A stretch of 64,000 nucleotides of DNA from Candidatus Poribacteria bacterium (GCA_965222225.1 CBDCTK010000002.1:5088001-5152000), one strand, 5' to 3'; positions 9,543-20,433 are shown, counted from the first letter of the stretch. Numbers and translations: made by a program. The notes: generated by a model from the letters alone, not told the origin.

Positions 9543-11522
9543 ATGAATGAACGCCTGTCAAATTTGAATCACATTTTTGGACCGGAGGGATTCATCGCTC
9601 AAGGTCTTACTGGGTATGAGTTCCGTCCTCAACAACTCGAAATGGCGAACGCCGTCGCTGATGCGTTTCAGGCGAATGAACACCTCATTGTAGAGGCAGG
9701 AACCGGGGTAGGCAAGACCTTTGCGTACCTTATACCCGCGATAGACCTTGCACTCAGCACGGGCGAAACGGTTGTTATCTCAACAAACACCATCAGTTTG
9801 CAGGAGCAACTAATAAGAAAAGACATCCCTTTTCTTCAAAAAGTCCTGCCTTATTCTTTTTCTGCCGTGCTCGCCAAGGGCCGTAGTAACTACCTTTCGC
9901 GCCGCCGACTTAACAGTTTGCTAACTTATGAGAGAGGGTTGTTTGATACAAAGGAAGAAGTCGCAGAACTAGCGGGGATTGTTGAATGGGTGGCAAGCAC
10001 CGACGATGGGAGCAGAGCCGATCTCGAAAAGCAACCAAGGCCCGACATCTGGGATCAGGTTGTATCAGACCGCGACAACTGTTTGAGATCGAAATGTCCG
10101 ACATATAACTCGTGCTTTTATTTCAAGGCGCGAAGACAGATGCAGGAAGCAAACCTGCTTGTCGTGAATCATCACTTGCTGTTCAGCGATCTAGCGATTC
10201 GGCAATCTGCTGACGTACAGTCCGCGGTTCTGCCAGACTATCAGTATCTGATACTTGACGAGGCACACCACCTTGAAGCCATTGCGGGCAAGCACGCAAC
10301 CGTTGAACTTACCAATTCCCGAGTTAAACGGTTCTTGGACTCACTTGATAAACCGAACGGTAAGAGTGGACTTTCTGTCCGTTATACTGCGTCGCATCTG
10401 AAAGAGCCTGTTGAAGACGCGCGTAATCAAGCAAATAAACTTTTCGCTGCGATTACCGATTGGTTGGAAACGCAAGGAAGCCAGAAGTGGGGAGGAAGCA
10501 TCGCACAACGAATTGACTGTGAGAACTTCGTTGAAAACGTGCTGGATGCGCCTCTTGCAACCCTTCGGACGGAGTTAAAACAGTTGAGGGAAACGGCGCA
10601 GACGGATGACGATGAAGAGGAGATTGCCTCACACCTGCGCCGATGCAGTCAACTTCGTGAAGATCTGGACCTCATGATTAACCATAGCGATCCGGATTCT
10701 GTGTATTGGATTGAAACGGTGAACCGGGGGCGATTCTCCCGTATGACCTTAAATGCGACGCCGGTGAATGTAAGCGAGACGGTGAATGAGTATCTGTTCG
10801 GCAACATGAACAGCGTAATCCTGACGAGCGCTACGTTGGCAACGAATCAGAATTTTGACTTTTTCAAGAAACGTCTTGGTCTGTCGGAGTGTCGCGAATT
10901 GATTGCCGGATCGCCGTTCGACTACGGAAAACAGGTTGAGATCCATATTCCCTCGAAGATGCCGGATCCGCGAAGATCTATGGAGTTTACTCAATCCATT
11001 ATCGCCCAAGTTAAACGCTACCTCAAGATGACACACGGAAAGGCGTTTGTGTTATTCACAAGCTACCGGATGATGGATGAGGTCTACGAAGTTGTATCGG
11101 ATTATCTGAATGGGCTAGGTATCGTCTCGTTTAAGCAGGGCGGAGAACTCTCGCGAAGCCAAATGTTGGAGGCTTTCAAGCTGGACACAGACTCAGTTTT
11201 ATTCGGGACTTCAAGTTTTTGGGAGGGAGTAGATGTTCAGGGTGAATCGCTCAGCAATGTGATAATTACAAAACTACCGTTTGAAGTCCCAACACACCCC
11301 GTGATGGAAGCGAAGATTAAGCAGGTTGAGGAGCAGGGTGGCAATTCTTTCATGGAATTTAGCTTGCCCGAAGCAATTCTCAGACTCAAACAAGGATTTG
11401 GTCGTCTCATCAGAACCAAGACTGATACGGGGATGGTTGTTATTCTTGATCCGCGCGTGACAACCAAGCTCTACGGCAAACAATTCTTGAATTCCTTGCC
11501 ACCATGCACAATCATCAGATGA
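9543..11522 (+). CDS. dinG: DinG/YoaA-family ATP-dependent DNA helicase (Fe-S)
   Basis: EFRPQQ, EAGTGVGKT, DEAHH, SATL, FWEGVD, KQGFGRLIR; Cys motif CLRSKC...C. Confidence 0.93.
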   Translation: MNERLSNLNHIFGPEGFIAQGLTGYEFRPQQLEMANAVADAFQANEHLIVEAGTGVGKTFAYLIPAIDLALSTGETVVISTNTISLQEQLIRKDIPFLQKVLPYSFSAVLAKGRSNYLSRRRLNSLLTYERGLFDTKEEVAELAGIVEWVASTDDGSRADLEKQPRPDIWDQVVSDRDNCLRSKCPTYNSCFYFKARRQMQEANLLVVNHHLLFSDLAIRQSADVQSAVLPDYQYLILDEAHHLEAIAGKHATVELTNSRVKRFLDSLDKPNGKSGLSVRYTASHLKEPVEDARNQANKLFAAITDWLETQGSQKWGGSIAQRIDCENFVENVLDAPLATLRTELKQLRETAQTDDDEEEIASHLRRCSQLREDLDLMINHSDPDSVYWIETVNRGRFSRMTLNATPVNVSETVNEYLFGNMNSVILTSATLATNQNFDFFKKRLGLSECRELIAGSPFDYGKQVEIHIPSKMPDPRRSMEFTQSIIAQVKRYLKMTHGKAFVLFTSYRMMDEVYEVVSDYLNGLGIVSFKQGGELSRSQMLEAFKLDTDSVLFGTSSFWEGVDVQGESLSNVIITKLPFEVPTHPVMEAKIKQVEEQGGNSFMEFSLPEAILRLKQGFGRLIRTKTDTGMVVILDPRVTTKLYGKQFLNSLPPCTIIR

Positions 11523-11583
11523 AGTTTGCGAACACCCGAGAGTATAACAATAATTGTTCTCAATCTCCTAAATCTTGCGGAGA

Positions 11584-12351
11584 TTAATACTTGATTGGTG
11601 TAGGCTGAGCGTGACGAATTGATTCGCTATGCGTGAAAGGAAAGTTAAATTCGATTGTTTGAAACCGTTTCGTCGTGTTTGGCGGCGGCGCTTTTTCAAT
11701 TGGTAGCATCACGGTCATCTCTCTAGCGTTGAGTTTGGTCTGATAGAACGGCAGGAATCCTTCTATACTTTCCCCTGCCGGTATCCCGTCATCCAATCGT
11801 CCAATCTGTTTTTCGAGAAGAATCCTTCGTGCGACTGCCAATCCGTTTTTGACAGGGATGCCCGCGACACGACTCATAAGTCCGAATCGTTCCACCAAGT
11901 CGTCATAATCCAACGCGCCATACCAATTTTCTCCCTGATCCTCAATCTTACATTTTCTGACATCAAATAGGATTTTCTGAGGTCGGTTATTCGTAATCTT
12001 AACGTAGAAAACGTCCGTTTTCTCACCCTGGTGGAGCGCCTCGGATGCGTAAAATGGGGATACGGTGTTTCCACGGTGATACTTGCGGTTCAAGGCGTGG
12101 TGACGCCAGTAGCAGATTGCAACTTCGATATCATCCTTCGTCATGATGAGTACCGGTGACTTTGCCGTGATTTCAAATTGTTCCGGATTGCTCTCGTCTA
12201 GTACGGTGTTTTCATCAAGTCTATCGGACGGTTGAATCGGCGGCAGGGTTTTCAGTGGTATGCCACTTGCGCAACCCATAGTCAATAACAGTAATATGAA
12301 TAATCCAGCGAAACTCGGCCAGACAAAGCTGTTTAGTCCCTTCATTGGCAT
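11584..12351 (-). CDS. Hypothetical lipoprotein
   Basis: Lipobox TMGC after a hydrophobic stretch; AAGGAGG RBS. Confidence 0.8.
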   Translation of the reverse strand: MPMKGLNSFVWPSFAGLFILLLLTMGCASGIPLKTLPPIQPSDRLDENTVLDESNPEQFEITAKSPVLIMTKDDIEVAICYWRHHALNRKYHRGNTVSPFYASEALHQGEKTDVFYVKITNNRPQKILFDVRKCKIEDQGENWYGALDYDDLVERFGLMSRVAGIPVKNGLAVARRILLEKQIGRLDDGIPAGESIEGFLPFYQTKLNAREMTVMLPIEKAPPPNTTKRFQTIEFNFPFTHSESIRHAQPTPIKY

Positions 12352-12551
12352 GTTGCCTCCTTGTTTGTTGATTTCATGTATGACCTATCGTACTAGCGTC
12401 AAGAAATCTGAATCGCTAGTATAGCAAAACCCCACTTTTTATTCCACAAAATTCTTAGACCGTGCTAGGACACTCAAAAAGGGCGTGGCGACTACCGACC
12501 TGCTATGACAAGTGGTATTACATTGGGAAATCCGCTTGCATATTTAGTCCG

Positions 12552-12582
12552 ACGCGTATTCCCGATTATGGGGATACCGCGT
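12552..12582. terminator. Hairpin, possible terminator downstream of small membrane ORF
   Basis: ACGCGTATTCCC-loop-GGGATACCGCGT; no clear U-tract. Confidence 0.4.
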
Positions 12583-12594
12583 TATAATCTGTCC

Positions 12595-12774
12595 TCAACG
12601 CTTCTCAAGAAGGCGTCCGATGAAGAAGATAAGAATCCCTACCACCAATGATCCCATCTCGACTCCCATTGACTTGCCCTCGCTCAAACCGTAGGGGTTG
12701 ACGCATCCTAAATACAGCCCGGCTCCAAGAAGAACTATCCCCATGAGTTCTAAAACCTTGCCGACAAAAAACAC
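12595..12774 (-). CDS. 59-aa two-TM membrane protein (below ORF-track cut-off)
   Basis: GAGGA RBS, GTG start; MFFVGKVLELMGIVLLGAGLYLGCVNPYGLSEGKSMGVEMGSLVVGILIFFIGRLLEKR*. Confidence 0.75.
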   Translation of the reverse strand: MFFVGKVLELMGIVLLGAGLYLGCVNPYGLSEGKSMGVEMGSLVVGILIFFIGRLLEKR

Positions 12775-12791
12775 AAAGCGTCTTCCTCAAA

Positions 12792-13514
12792 TCAATAATA
12801 GAAACTCTTGATACGTCCCCACTGAAGGACCTTCTGGTTCAAATTTGGTTTTAATTTGGCGGTAAATACGAGATCCGGTAAAGACAGATTGTCATCGGTA
12901 TACCCCGGCGGGCCCCAGCTAATCCGGTGTTCCAGACGCCCATTATCTACGTCGTTATAGTAAATCCAAAATCCAACCGTATTTCCTTTTTCTGCGATAT
13001 CCCCTAGGTTAAACATCAATTCGCAGGATCGCCCATCGTCTCCCCAAGCAACTGCTCTAAGAGGCGGTACAAAAGATTGGTGTTCGTCCTCGCCCACAGG
13101 TAAATCGTAACGGTACAACTCGCTCTTATGCCCGCTATGGTCGGGATCAAGATAAACCACTAGATGGTCTTTTTCGGAAAGTTTGGCGCCATGATTCTCC
13201 ACATGGTCGTCGCTCAATTGAACAGCAATATAAAGGAAACCGCTCCGCCACACCCCGGCAAACCAGCCCGTGAAGTCACTTGATTCTTGCCATTGCTGGT
13301 CGTAAACGACTTCTTGGTCCATTTTTCCGGGTATTCCGGTCTCATGCCAAGGCGTGTCGTTGAGAACACCGTCAATCACCGGAGAAACTTCTACCAACTC
13401 TGCGTTATATCGGAAATTCAAGCCACTTTCCGGATTTATGATATGGGCAAAGCTGGCAGAGGCGGCAACTAGCAGAATTATAACGGAAGTAGAAATCAAG
13501 TTTCCCAGTTTCAT
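12792..13514 (-). CDS. Secreted CBM9/DOMON-like sugar-binding protein with C-terminal WGxIK motif
   Basis: Signal peptide; PVIDGVLND.W, W...LYIAVQLSDD, DHLVVYLDPD, YNDVD; ends QKVLQWGRIKSFYY. Start set by GGAGGAGG RBS and by the promoter lying inside the longer track ORF. Confidence 0.8.
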   Translation of the reverse strand: MKLGNLISTSVIILLVAASASFAHIINPESGLNFRYNAELVEVSPVIDGVLNDTPWHETGIPGKMDQEVVYDQQWQESSDFTGWFAGVWRSGFLYIAVQLSDDHVENHGAKLSEKDHLVVYLDPDHSGHKSELYRYDLPVGEDEHQSFVPPLRAVAWGDDGRSCELMFNLGDIAEKGNTVGFWIYYNDVDNGRLEHRISWGPPGYTDDNLSLPDLVFTAKLKPNLNQKVLQWGRIKSFYY

Positions 13515-13589
13515 GCCTCCTCCTTCCCCTTTCTTAAAAGGTTTTCTCAAAAGAAGAACAATTCCAATTGCCAACCCCAATATTTCTGT

Positions 13590-13618
13590 AGTATACTGTG
13601 AGGGCTGCGGAGTGTCAA
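13590..13618 (-). promoter_or_regulatory. Sigma70-type promoter for CBM9-like gene
   Basis: Minus strand TTGACA-17 bp-TATACT. Confidence 0.75.
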
Positions 13619-13737
13619 GTGAAAACTGTGCGAGCGCCAACCGGGAGAATTCACAGATTTCGAAATACACTGTTTAAGTGCCACGCCAACTAACATAACA
13701 TAGTGTGACATAGGCGACAGATAGGCAGAATTTCCCT

Positions 13738-13766
13738 TTGATATTTGGCAACACATTTGTTATACT
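13738..13766 (+). promoter_or_regulatory. Sigma70-type promoter for ftsH operon
   Basis: TTGATA-17 bp-TATACT. Confidence 0.7.
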
Positions 13767-13941
13767 TTTCTTCCTGAACCGGTGCTAGTTCCGACTTCTT
13801 TTCGACGGTTACTTCCACTAAAACTAGAGATATTAGAGCTAATCGGTTCATAACGTCGTTAATCCGCTTGAAGTGGCATAGCCGTACGGTTGGTATGGGT
13901 GTGGTAATTCTTACATTTTTGAAACAGAGGGGCAGGTAGGA

Positions 13942-15867
13942 GTGAATAAGAACGCAAAAAGTACCTTGGTTTGGGTGGTGATGGCGTCAATCTTTGTTCT
14001 AGCGCTGTCCCAAGTAATCATCCGCAAAGATCGAGTCCATGAACTTAAGACATCGAATTTCTACCAACTGGTGGAGGATCGTAGGCAATCGGCAGAAGAA
14101 AGCGGAAGATTAGGCCCAAAGGATGACGGCTTGTTTCAAGATGAGGTTATCATCAAGAAGGAGTGGATTCAGGGTACGTTTCGCGACCCGCGGTTCGTTC
14201 AAGACGAGTTGCTAAAATTGGGTGAGATGGTCGAGATTGAGGATTGGCAGGGACAGTTTAAAACGAGTCGAGATCAGTTTTCCGAATTTCCGCTTCAGGA
14301 AAAACTCATGGCTGCGCAAGTCCCCTTTAATGTTGATCAGGCATCAAGTGTTCCTCAATGGTTGCTCATCTTTGGAACAACCGTGCTGCCAATCCTGTTG
14401 TTTGTTGGTATCATGATTTTTTTCATGAGGCAAGTGCAGGGCACCGGCAATCGGGCGTTATCATTCGGAAAGAGCCGTGCGCGACTCCATTCCGAAGACC
14501 AAGCCAAGATTACCTTTGCCGATGTTGCGGGAGTTGATGAGGCGAAAGAAGCGCTTCAAGAAGTGATTGAATTTCTCAGGGACCCCAAGAAATTTCAACG
14601 CCTCGGCGGTCGCATTCCCAAAGGCGTTCTTCTCATGGGACCACCGGGCACCGGCAAGACGATGTTGGCGCGCGCAGTGGCGGGCGAGGCAAACGTACCT
14701 TTTTATAGCATCAGCGGATCAGATTTTGTTGAGATGTTTGTTGGTGTTGGAGCATCTCGCGTTCGAGACCTATTTGAAACGGGCAAGAAGAATGCGCCCT
14801 GCATTATATTCATTGATGAACTTGACGCTGTTGGACGACATCGTGGCGCGGGAATTGGCGGAGGGCACGACGAGCGGGAACAGACGTTAAACCAGCTCCT
14901 TGTTGAAATGCAAGGCTTCGATACCCAGGAAGGCGTCATACTTATTGCCGCAACGAATCGCCCGGATGTCTTGGATCCAGCCTTGCTGAGACCGGGACGG
15001 TTCGATCGCCAGATTGTCGTGGATTTGCCTGATGTGGGCGGACGAGAGTCTATCCTTAAAGTCCATACCAAAGACCCCTACAAACTTGCCGAAGATGTGG
15101 ACTTGAACGTACTCGCAAAGGCAACCCCCGGTTTTTCCGGTGCAGATATTGAAAACATGGCAAATGAGGCTGCGTTGTTCGCGGCGAAGCTGGACAAAGA
15201 TCACATTGATATGGACTGCTTTGATGATGCCAAAGATCGGGTAATGATGGGACCCGAGCGGCGGAGTTTGGTTGTCAGCGAGGAGGAAAGACGGGTTGTC
15301 GCCTACCATGAAGCCGGACACGCGTTGATGCTGCATTTTGTGCCTGAGAGCGATCCCAACTATAAGTGTACGATTGTTCCCCGCGGACGTGCGCTCGGAG
15401 TCACGGCAAAGTTGCCTCTGGAAGAACGTCATAATTTGAGCAAGAAACATATCCTTACCCATATTCTATTCGCGCTTGGTGGGCGCGTCGCTGAGGAATT
15501 AATCTTTGGTGAACAAACAACCGGCGCGCAAAACGATTTCGAGCAGGCAACGGCGATGGCACGCCGAATGGTTACCCAATGGGGAATGAGCGAGATGGGA
15601 CCATTGACTTTCGGACGCCGCGATGAACAGATTTTTCTCGGCAAAGAACTAGCTCATCATAAAGATTATAGCGAAAAAACGGCGATTGAAATTGATCAGG
15701 CGGTACACCGGATTATTATGGAATGTTATGAGAAAGCCAGACATCTTCTTGAGACCAATCTTGATGGGCTAAAATCGCTTGCCGATGCACTGCTTGACAG
15801 GGAAACACTTGTCGGGAAAGAAATTGAAGACATCCTCGGACCGAGGCCGCCTGTTCCCATAACTTGA
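13942..15867 (+). CDS. ftsH: ATP-dependent zinc metalloprotease FtsH
   Basis: Two TM helices, [22 protein letters not shown]. Confidence 0.99.
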   Translation: MNKNAKSTLVWVVMASIFVLALSQVIIRKDRVHELKTSNFYQLVEDRRQSAEESGRLGPKDDGLFQDEVIIKKEWIQGTFRDPRFVQDELLKLGEMVEIEDWQGQFKTSRDQFSEFPLQEKLMAAQVPFNVDQASSVPQWLLIFGTTVLPILLFVGIMIFFMRQVQGTGNRALSFGKSRARLHSEDQAKITFADVAGVDEAKEALQEVIEFLRDPKKFQRLGGRIPKGVLLMGPPGTGKTMLARAVAGEANVPFYSISGSDFVEMFVGVGASRVRDLFETGKKNAPCIIFIDELDAVGRHRGAGIGGGHDEREQTLNQLLVEMQGFDTQEGVILIAATNRPDVLDPALLRPGRFDRQIVVDLPDVGGRESILKVHTKDPYKLAEDVDLNVLAKATPGFSGADIENMANEAALFAAKLDKDHIDMDCFDDAKDRVMMGPERRSLVVSEEERRVVAYHEAGHALMLHFVPESDPNYKCTIVPRGRALGVTAKLPLEERHNLSKKHILTHILFALGGRVAEELIFGEQTTGAQNDFEQATAMARRMVTQWGMSEMGPLTFGRRDEQIFLGKELAHHKDYSEKTAIEIDQAVHRIIMECYEKARHLLETNLDGLKSLADALLDRETLVGKEIEDILGPRPPVPIT

Positions 15868-16691
15868 TGAACTGCCGTGGGAAACAACTCAGTTTCGGAC
15901 CGCGTACCCTCATCATGGGCATCTTGAATGTGACGCCCGATTCATTTTCCGATGGTGGAAGCTATCTTGATGTCGCCGCGGCGATCAGCCATGCCAAGGA
16001 GATGGTAGAGGACGGAGCAGATATCATTGACATTGGCGGCGAATCTTCTCGGCCGGGGGCGTCACCCGCTTCGACGGAGGAAGAATTGGCGAGAGTTCTG
16101 CCTGTGGTTGAGGGACTTGTTGATGAAATCTCTGTGCATGTATCAATCGACACGTGCAAATCGGATGTTGCTCGCCGGTCGCTTGAAGCTGGGGCTCATA
16201 TCGTCAATGACATTACGGCGCTCCAAGGAGATGCCGAGATGGCGAAGGTTGTTGTAGAGATGAATGCCGGGGTAATCCTGATGCACATGAGTGGAACCCC
16301 CCGGACGATGCAACACTCGCCGGTCTACAATGATGTCGTGTCAGAAGTCTCTTCTTGGCTTCAGCGTCGCATTGAGGAAGCGGAAACAGGAGGCATTCCC
16401 CCCGATCGCATTGTTATAGACCCCGGCATTGGATTTGGCAAAACTGTTGACCATAACTTGGAGATTTTGCGCAGGCTTGACGAATTTCGTCACTTGAACA
16501 AGCCTATACTTATCGGTACGTCTAGAAAGTCCTTTATTGGAAAAATCCTTGACCTCCCGGTAAACAATCGAATAGAAGGAACCGCTGCTACTATAACGTG
16601 GGCAATCGCTCACGGAGCGGACATGGTCCGTGTCCACGATGTGAAGACAATGCGTCGAGTTGCGCGAATGACAGATGCACTTTACCGCTAG
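15864..16691 (+). CDS. folP: Dihydropteroate synthase
   Basis: [45 protein letters not shown]; classic ftsH-folP order. Confidence 0.98.
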   Translation: MMNCRGKQLSFGPRTLIMGILNVTPDSFSDGGSYLDVAAAISHAKEMVEDGADIIDIGGESSRPGASPASTEEELARVLPVVEGLVDEISVHVSIDTCKSDVARRSLEAGAHIVNDITALQGDAEMAKVVVEMNAGVILMHMSGTPRTMQHSPVYNDVVSEVSSWLQRRIEEAETGGIPPDRIVIDPGIGFGKTVDHNLEILRRLDEFRHLNKPILIGTSRKSFIGKILDLPVNNRIEGTAATITWAIAHGADMVRVHDVKTMRRVARMTDALYR

Positions 16692-16757
16692 ATTAACCTT
16701 TCCCGCCTAAACATCACCAATCCCGAGATTAATTTCTATTGAGAATGCCTCCAATCA

Positions 16758-17894
16758 ATGCCAATTCGCTGGAGAAATCTATCTGAAATGAAAATTTTAC
16801 AAGTCGCATATTGCGCCTTAATCTTTGCCACCCTAACGCATTTGGTTTCAGCCCAGCAGGCCGAGGTTACTGCCCCTGCAACCGTGGATATCTTTCTCAA
16901 GCAACTGGCACGCGCCGAACATCAGGGAATGGAAGGCAGTTTTGTCGGATCGAATATAGGGGCACATGCGCTGAACGGTAATCCTGCAGGACTCAGCCTC
17001 ATTCACGACGGTCGCTTTGCTCTTTACACCGCTCGATTTCCCCGAACTATTGCCGTGGTGTCCCATCTGAATGAAACAGAGCGGTATGAAGATTATAGCG
17101 AATATGACCTCTATGGGTCGGGAGTTGAGCTCCTGAATTACGCCGTACCGATAGGATCCTTCGGCATAATCGGTGTCGATTTTGCCCGTGGACACGACGG
17201 ACAGTTTAGTCGTGTTGATTATCTTGGGAAAGCGACTAACAATTTTCCCCAAAGCGACTGGGCGCTTGGTGTTGGATACAGCAGGGAACTTTTTGCCGGT
17301 CTAGCGGTTGGTGTGGACGCCAAATGGCTGCGTTCCAAAATTCAGTTGCCCGAGAACGAAGAACATGCTGGACACGGTTACGCTTACAATCTCGGACTGA
17401 GCCAAAAAATTGGCGAACACCTTCGAATTGACGCCGTAGTCAGAAATCTCAGTAACGGGTTGTCGTTTTCGGACGGTTCTATCCCCAATCAAATTGAACA
17501 AGATGTTCTTGTCGGAGGCGTCTACCACCAGCGCCATAAAGAATTGGATCTGAAGTTCAGCCTTGATGTGAATCCTCCTTTCAAAAATGGTGTGCGAGCA
17601 AGCCTTGGTGGGGAAATCTGGTATCTCGGATGGATTGGTTGTAGAATTGGTTATTTTCGGCACACGGAGCACAGATGGCATCCGGTTCAGATTATTCGTA
17701 CCGAAACGCTTCAAATGGAAGAAAGAATCTGGAAAACCGAGGGACCAACATTTGGTATCGGTTATAATCTAGGGCGGTTTCGCATAAGTGGGACATATAC
17801 GCCTCAAGCAAAACCAACCGAAAAGGAAGGCGAGAGAATCCGTGTAGATCAAGGAGGGGTTGTCTACTATTTTTCGGTTGGACAAGGCTCTTGA
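16758..17894 (+). CDS. PorV/PorQ-family (FadL-like) outer-membrane beta-barrel protein
   Basis: Signal peptide; NPAGL motif; amphipathic strands (DWALGVGYSR, AVGVDAKW, AVVRNL, RIGY, GPTFGIGY). Start uncertain (16758 or 16788). Confidence 0.7.
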   Translation: MPIRWRNLSEMKILQVAYCALIFATLTHLVSAQQAEVTAPATVDIFLKQLARAEHQGMEGSFVGSNIGAHALNGNPAGLSLIHDGRFALYTARFPRTIAVVSHLNETERYEDYSEYDLYGSGVELLNYAVPIGSFGIIGVDFARGHDGQFSRVDYLGKATNNFPQSDWALGVGYSRELFAGLAVGVDAKWLRSKIQLPENEEHAGHGYAYNLGLSQKIGEHLRIDAVVRNLSNGLSFSDGSIPNQIEQDVLVGGVYHQRHKELDLKFSLDVNPPFKNGVRASLGGEIWYLGWIGCRIGYFRHTEHRWHPVQIIRTETLQMEERIWKTEGPTFGIGYNLGRFRISGTYTPQAKPTEKEGERIRVDQGGVVYYFSVGQGS

Positions 17895-17995
17895 TGAAGG
17901 ATATATCAGGCTTTGTGGAGGAAAGACCAGAATATTGGAAGATAAATTAGCGAGGTCGGCGACTGAGTAGCTTTGGAGAACCTCCTTAACGATGT

Positions 17996-18610
17996 ATGTC
18001 CGATCAATACAAGACGGTTGTTGGCATTGCTGAGTCAAAACTCGAAGTCAAAAAATCCCGATTCATCGGTTTGGCAACAGCGCTCCAAAGCCAAGACGCC
18101 ATAAGGGAATTCCTGAACCTCGTCCGGCAAAAATATCCGAATGCCTCACACACCTGTTATGCCTATAAATTTGCAACAGGGAGCGAGGTTAGGGAATATG
18201 CGACCGACGTGGGGGAACCCACTCACTCGGCAGGCCCTCCAATACTATCAGCCATCAAAGCCGCCGAGTTGTCAAATGTAATGTGTGTAATCGTACGTTA
18301 TTATGGCGGGATTAATCTGGGGGTGGGAGGACTCATCCGCGCTTATGGAGGTTGCGCTCGGAGTTGCTTGGCGAATGCCAAGATTGAAACACGAATCCTA
18401 TACCAGACGCTGCGGCTACACGTGTTTCACGATCAAATTGGACCGGTTCTAAACCTGTGTCGTCGACTCAGGGGAAATGTCTTGAATGTTGAATATGATG
18501 AGAATGCTATTGTTTATTTACAGATCCGCCAACGGGAATTGGACACATTGAAAGCGAATCTTCAGCGAATGGCTGCAACAATTGAGGTAAGCAGTATTGC
18601 CACAACCTGA
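17996..18610 (+). CDS. yigZ: YigZ/IMPACT family protein
   Basis: KKSRFIG, ASHTCYAY, DVGEPTHSAGPPIL, VRYYGGINLGVGGLIRAY. Confidence 0.95.
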   Translation: MSDQYKTVVGIAESKLEVKKSRFIGLATALQSQDAIREFLNLVRQKYPNASHTCYAYKFATGSEVREYATDVGEPTHSAGPPILSAIKAAELSNVMCVIVRYYGGINLGVGGLIRAYGGCARSCLANAKIETRILYQTLRLHVFHDQIGPVLNLCRRLRGNVLNVEYDENAIVYLQIRQRELDTLKANLQRMAATIEVSSIATT

Positions 18611-18643
18611 AATGTAGACATGAGTAGACTCTGGAGGCTAACC

Positions 18644-19075
18644 TTGAACGAGGTCAAATACACAACTACACATGAATGGATTGAAGTTACAGATAATGAA
18701 GGAGTTGCTGGAATCACTGAACGTGCGCAACTCATTTACGGGGATATCATTTTCGTAGATTTACCACCCGTTAACGAGGACTTTGAGCAAGACGATGTAA
18801 TCGGTAGAGTCGAAGTTGTAGACGGCGATTCGTTCCCCATCCATGCGCCAATTACGGGCGAAATCAGAGCCGTCAACACTGTCCTTGAAGATGCCCCGGA
18901 TGTCATCAACCGTTCTCCGGAGGGCGATGGCTGGATTTGTAAAATGAGCGTTGAGAGTTCAAAAGAACTGGATGTGTTGATGGATGCGAAAGAGTACGAC
19001 ACCTATGAAGAGGAAGAACCCGATGAAGATGTGCTGAGCGAGACTGACTTTTACGACCTCAAGGATGATTATTGA
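18644..19075 (+). CDS. Glycine cleavage H protein-like paralog lacking the lipoyl-Lys
   Basis: YTTTHEWI, GITERAQLIYGDIIFVDLP, APITGEIRAVN, INRSPEGDGWICKM; ESVK replaced by EVVDGD. TTG start after GGAGG. Confidence 0.88.
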   Translation: MNEVKYTTTHEWIEVTDNEGVAGITERAQLIYGDIIFVDLPPVNEDFEQDDVIGRVEVVDGDSFPIHAPITGEIRAVNTVLEDAPDVINRSPEGDGWICKMSVESSKELDVLMDAKEYDTYEEEEPDEDVLSETDFYDLKDDY

Positions 19076-19239
19076 GAACGATTTCTTTATCAATTAGCCG
19101 GAAGAGGCTTGTGCCCATTTGACGATAGCAACAATCTTCAATCATCAAATCACTGATTTCCATCCCTTTCTTTTCGTTGCACATCCGATCCGAGCCGAGG
19201 TGCAGATGCTTCTATAACCCGAAATTAAATACGATTGTC

Positions 19240-20187
19240 CTACCCCAATCTCGGCATGTTTCCGGTTGAGGTGATGAAGATTTTACGAACCATCGTATGT
19301 TTGCGCGCTGGCACAACGTTCTCAATACAATATCCTAAATCAGCAAGTTCGCGGTTCAGGTCTCGGGTGTGAATCAAACCTGCTCTGGGGGCAAGTTGAC
19401 GAATTCGCCCCAGAATTTCTCTGTCTACCGTCATGTCCTTGGCAAGTCCGATTCCGTAGGGGAAATCTGTGATCGCCACGTCATATCGCCCGCTTATCAG
19501 ACGAGCGTCGCCGAGGTGAACCTCCGCGCTCAAACCGAAATGCTTCAGATTCTTTCGCGTTGCTCCCACCATGCGTACGTTGATGTCATAGCCGACAGCA
19601 TTTATCCCCATCTGTGCAGCTTCCAGTATAATCGTACCCGTGCCGCAACACGGATCAAGGAGGCGGTCACCGGGTGAGGCGGTTAGATTGACAATCGCTC
19701 TAGCGAGCCTGGAAGGCAAGGAACTTGAGGTCACGTGTGGACGCTTGTTGTGGGCAATCCATCGTCCATCCGATTCCGAAAGTAACTTCCCAAACCAGAT
19801 TTTCTCGTCCGTTACAACGGTCAAAAATGTGACTCGCGGCATGTCCAGATGAGGTCTCCCGCCAATTTCCGCACCTACCTTGTGTGCAATCTGGAGGCTA
19901 TTCACCTCTAATTTGTGCGGCAACTTAACGACGGACACTCGAAAATCATCAGCGTATAGGCTCGCTGTTCTTATCTTCGTACAAATTTCCGAAATGCTTC
20001 CACCTTCGAACAGAAGTTCCGAACAACTCCTCACGTATGCGCCGCGGCTGACATCAGTGCATTTCGACGAAATGGCAAGCCCGTGCAGATTTGGAGCAGA
20101 TTCAGTCAGGGCGAGGCATTCCGCGTTGATTATCTCGGCGTCTACGCCGGGAATAGCTGTCAAATAGAAATACCGCTTCAAGGACAT
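19240..20187 (-). CDS. THUMP/Trm11-like SAM-dependent RNA methyltransferase
   Basis: SSLPSRLARAIVNL, LLDPCCGTGTI, GDAR, TDFPYG. Confidence 0.85.
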   Translation of the reverse strand: MSLKRYFYLTAIPGVDAEIINAECLALTESAPNLHGLAISSKCTDVSRGAYVRSCSELLFEGGSISEICTKIRTASLYADDFRVSVVKLPHKLEVNSLQIAHKVGAEIGGRPHLDMPRVTFLTVVTDEKIWFGKLLSESDGRWIAHNKRPHVTSSSLPSRLARAIVNLTASPGDRLLDPCCGTGTIILEAAQMGINAVGYDINVRMVGATRKNLKHFGLSAEVHLGDARLISGRYDVAITDFPYGIGLAKDMTVDREILGRIRQLAPRAGLIHTRDLNRELADLGYCIENVVPARKHTMVRKIFITSTGNMPRLG

Positions 20188-20433
20188 TATCTAGATTCCT
20201 ATTGATGGGGCGAGGAGGAAGATGGTATCATACCTTCCTAGATTCACCACGGTGCAATTTTTAGTGTATCGTCATCCAACCCGAGTTGCTGTCTATCCGT
20301 TCACAATCAGAATCTGATGGGCAAGCCGCCTTTCATTGCAAGTCATACATATATTGGATTCTATGACACGGAATCTAAGAAAGCCAATCAACCTGGTGAT
20401 TAACACCGCCTAAGGTAGTAACAGGAGTTTCAA

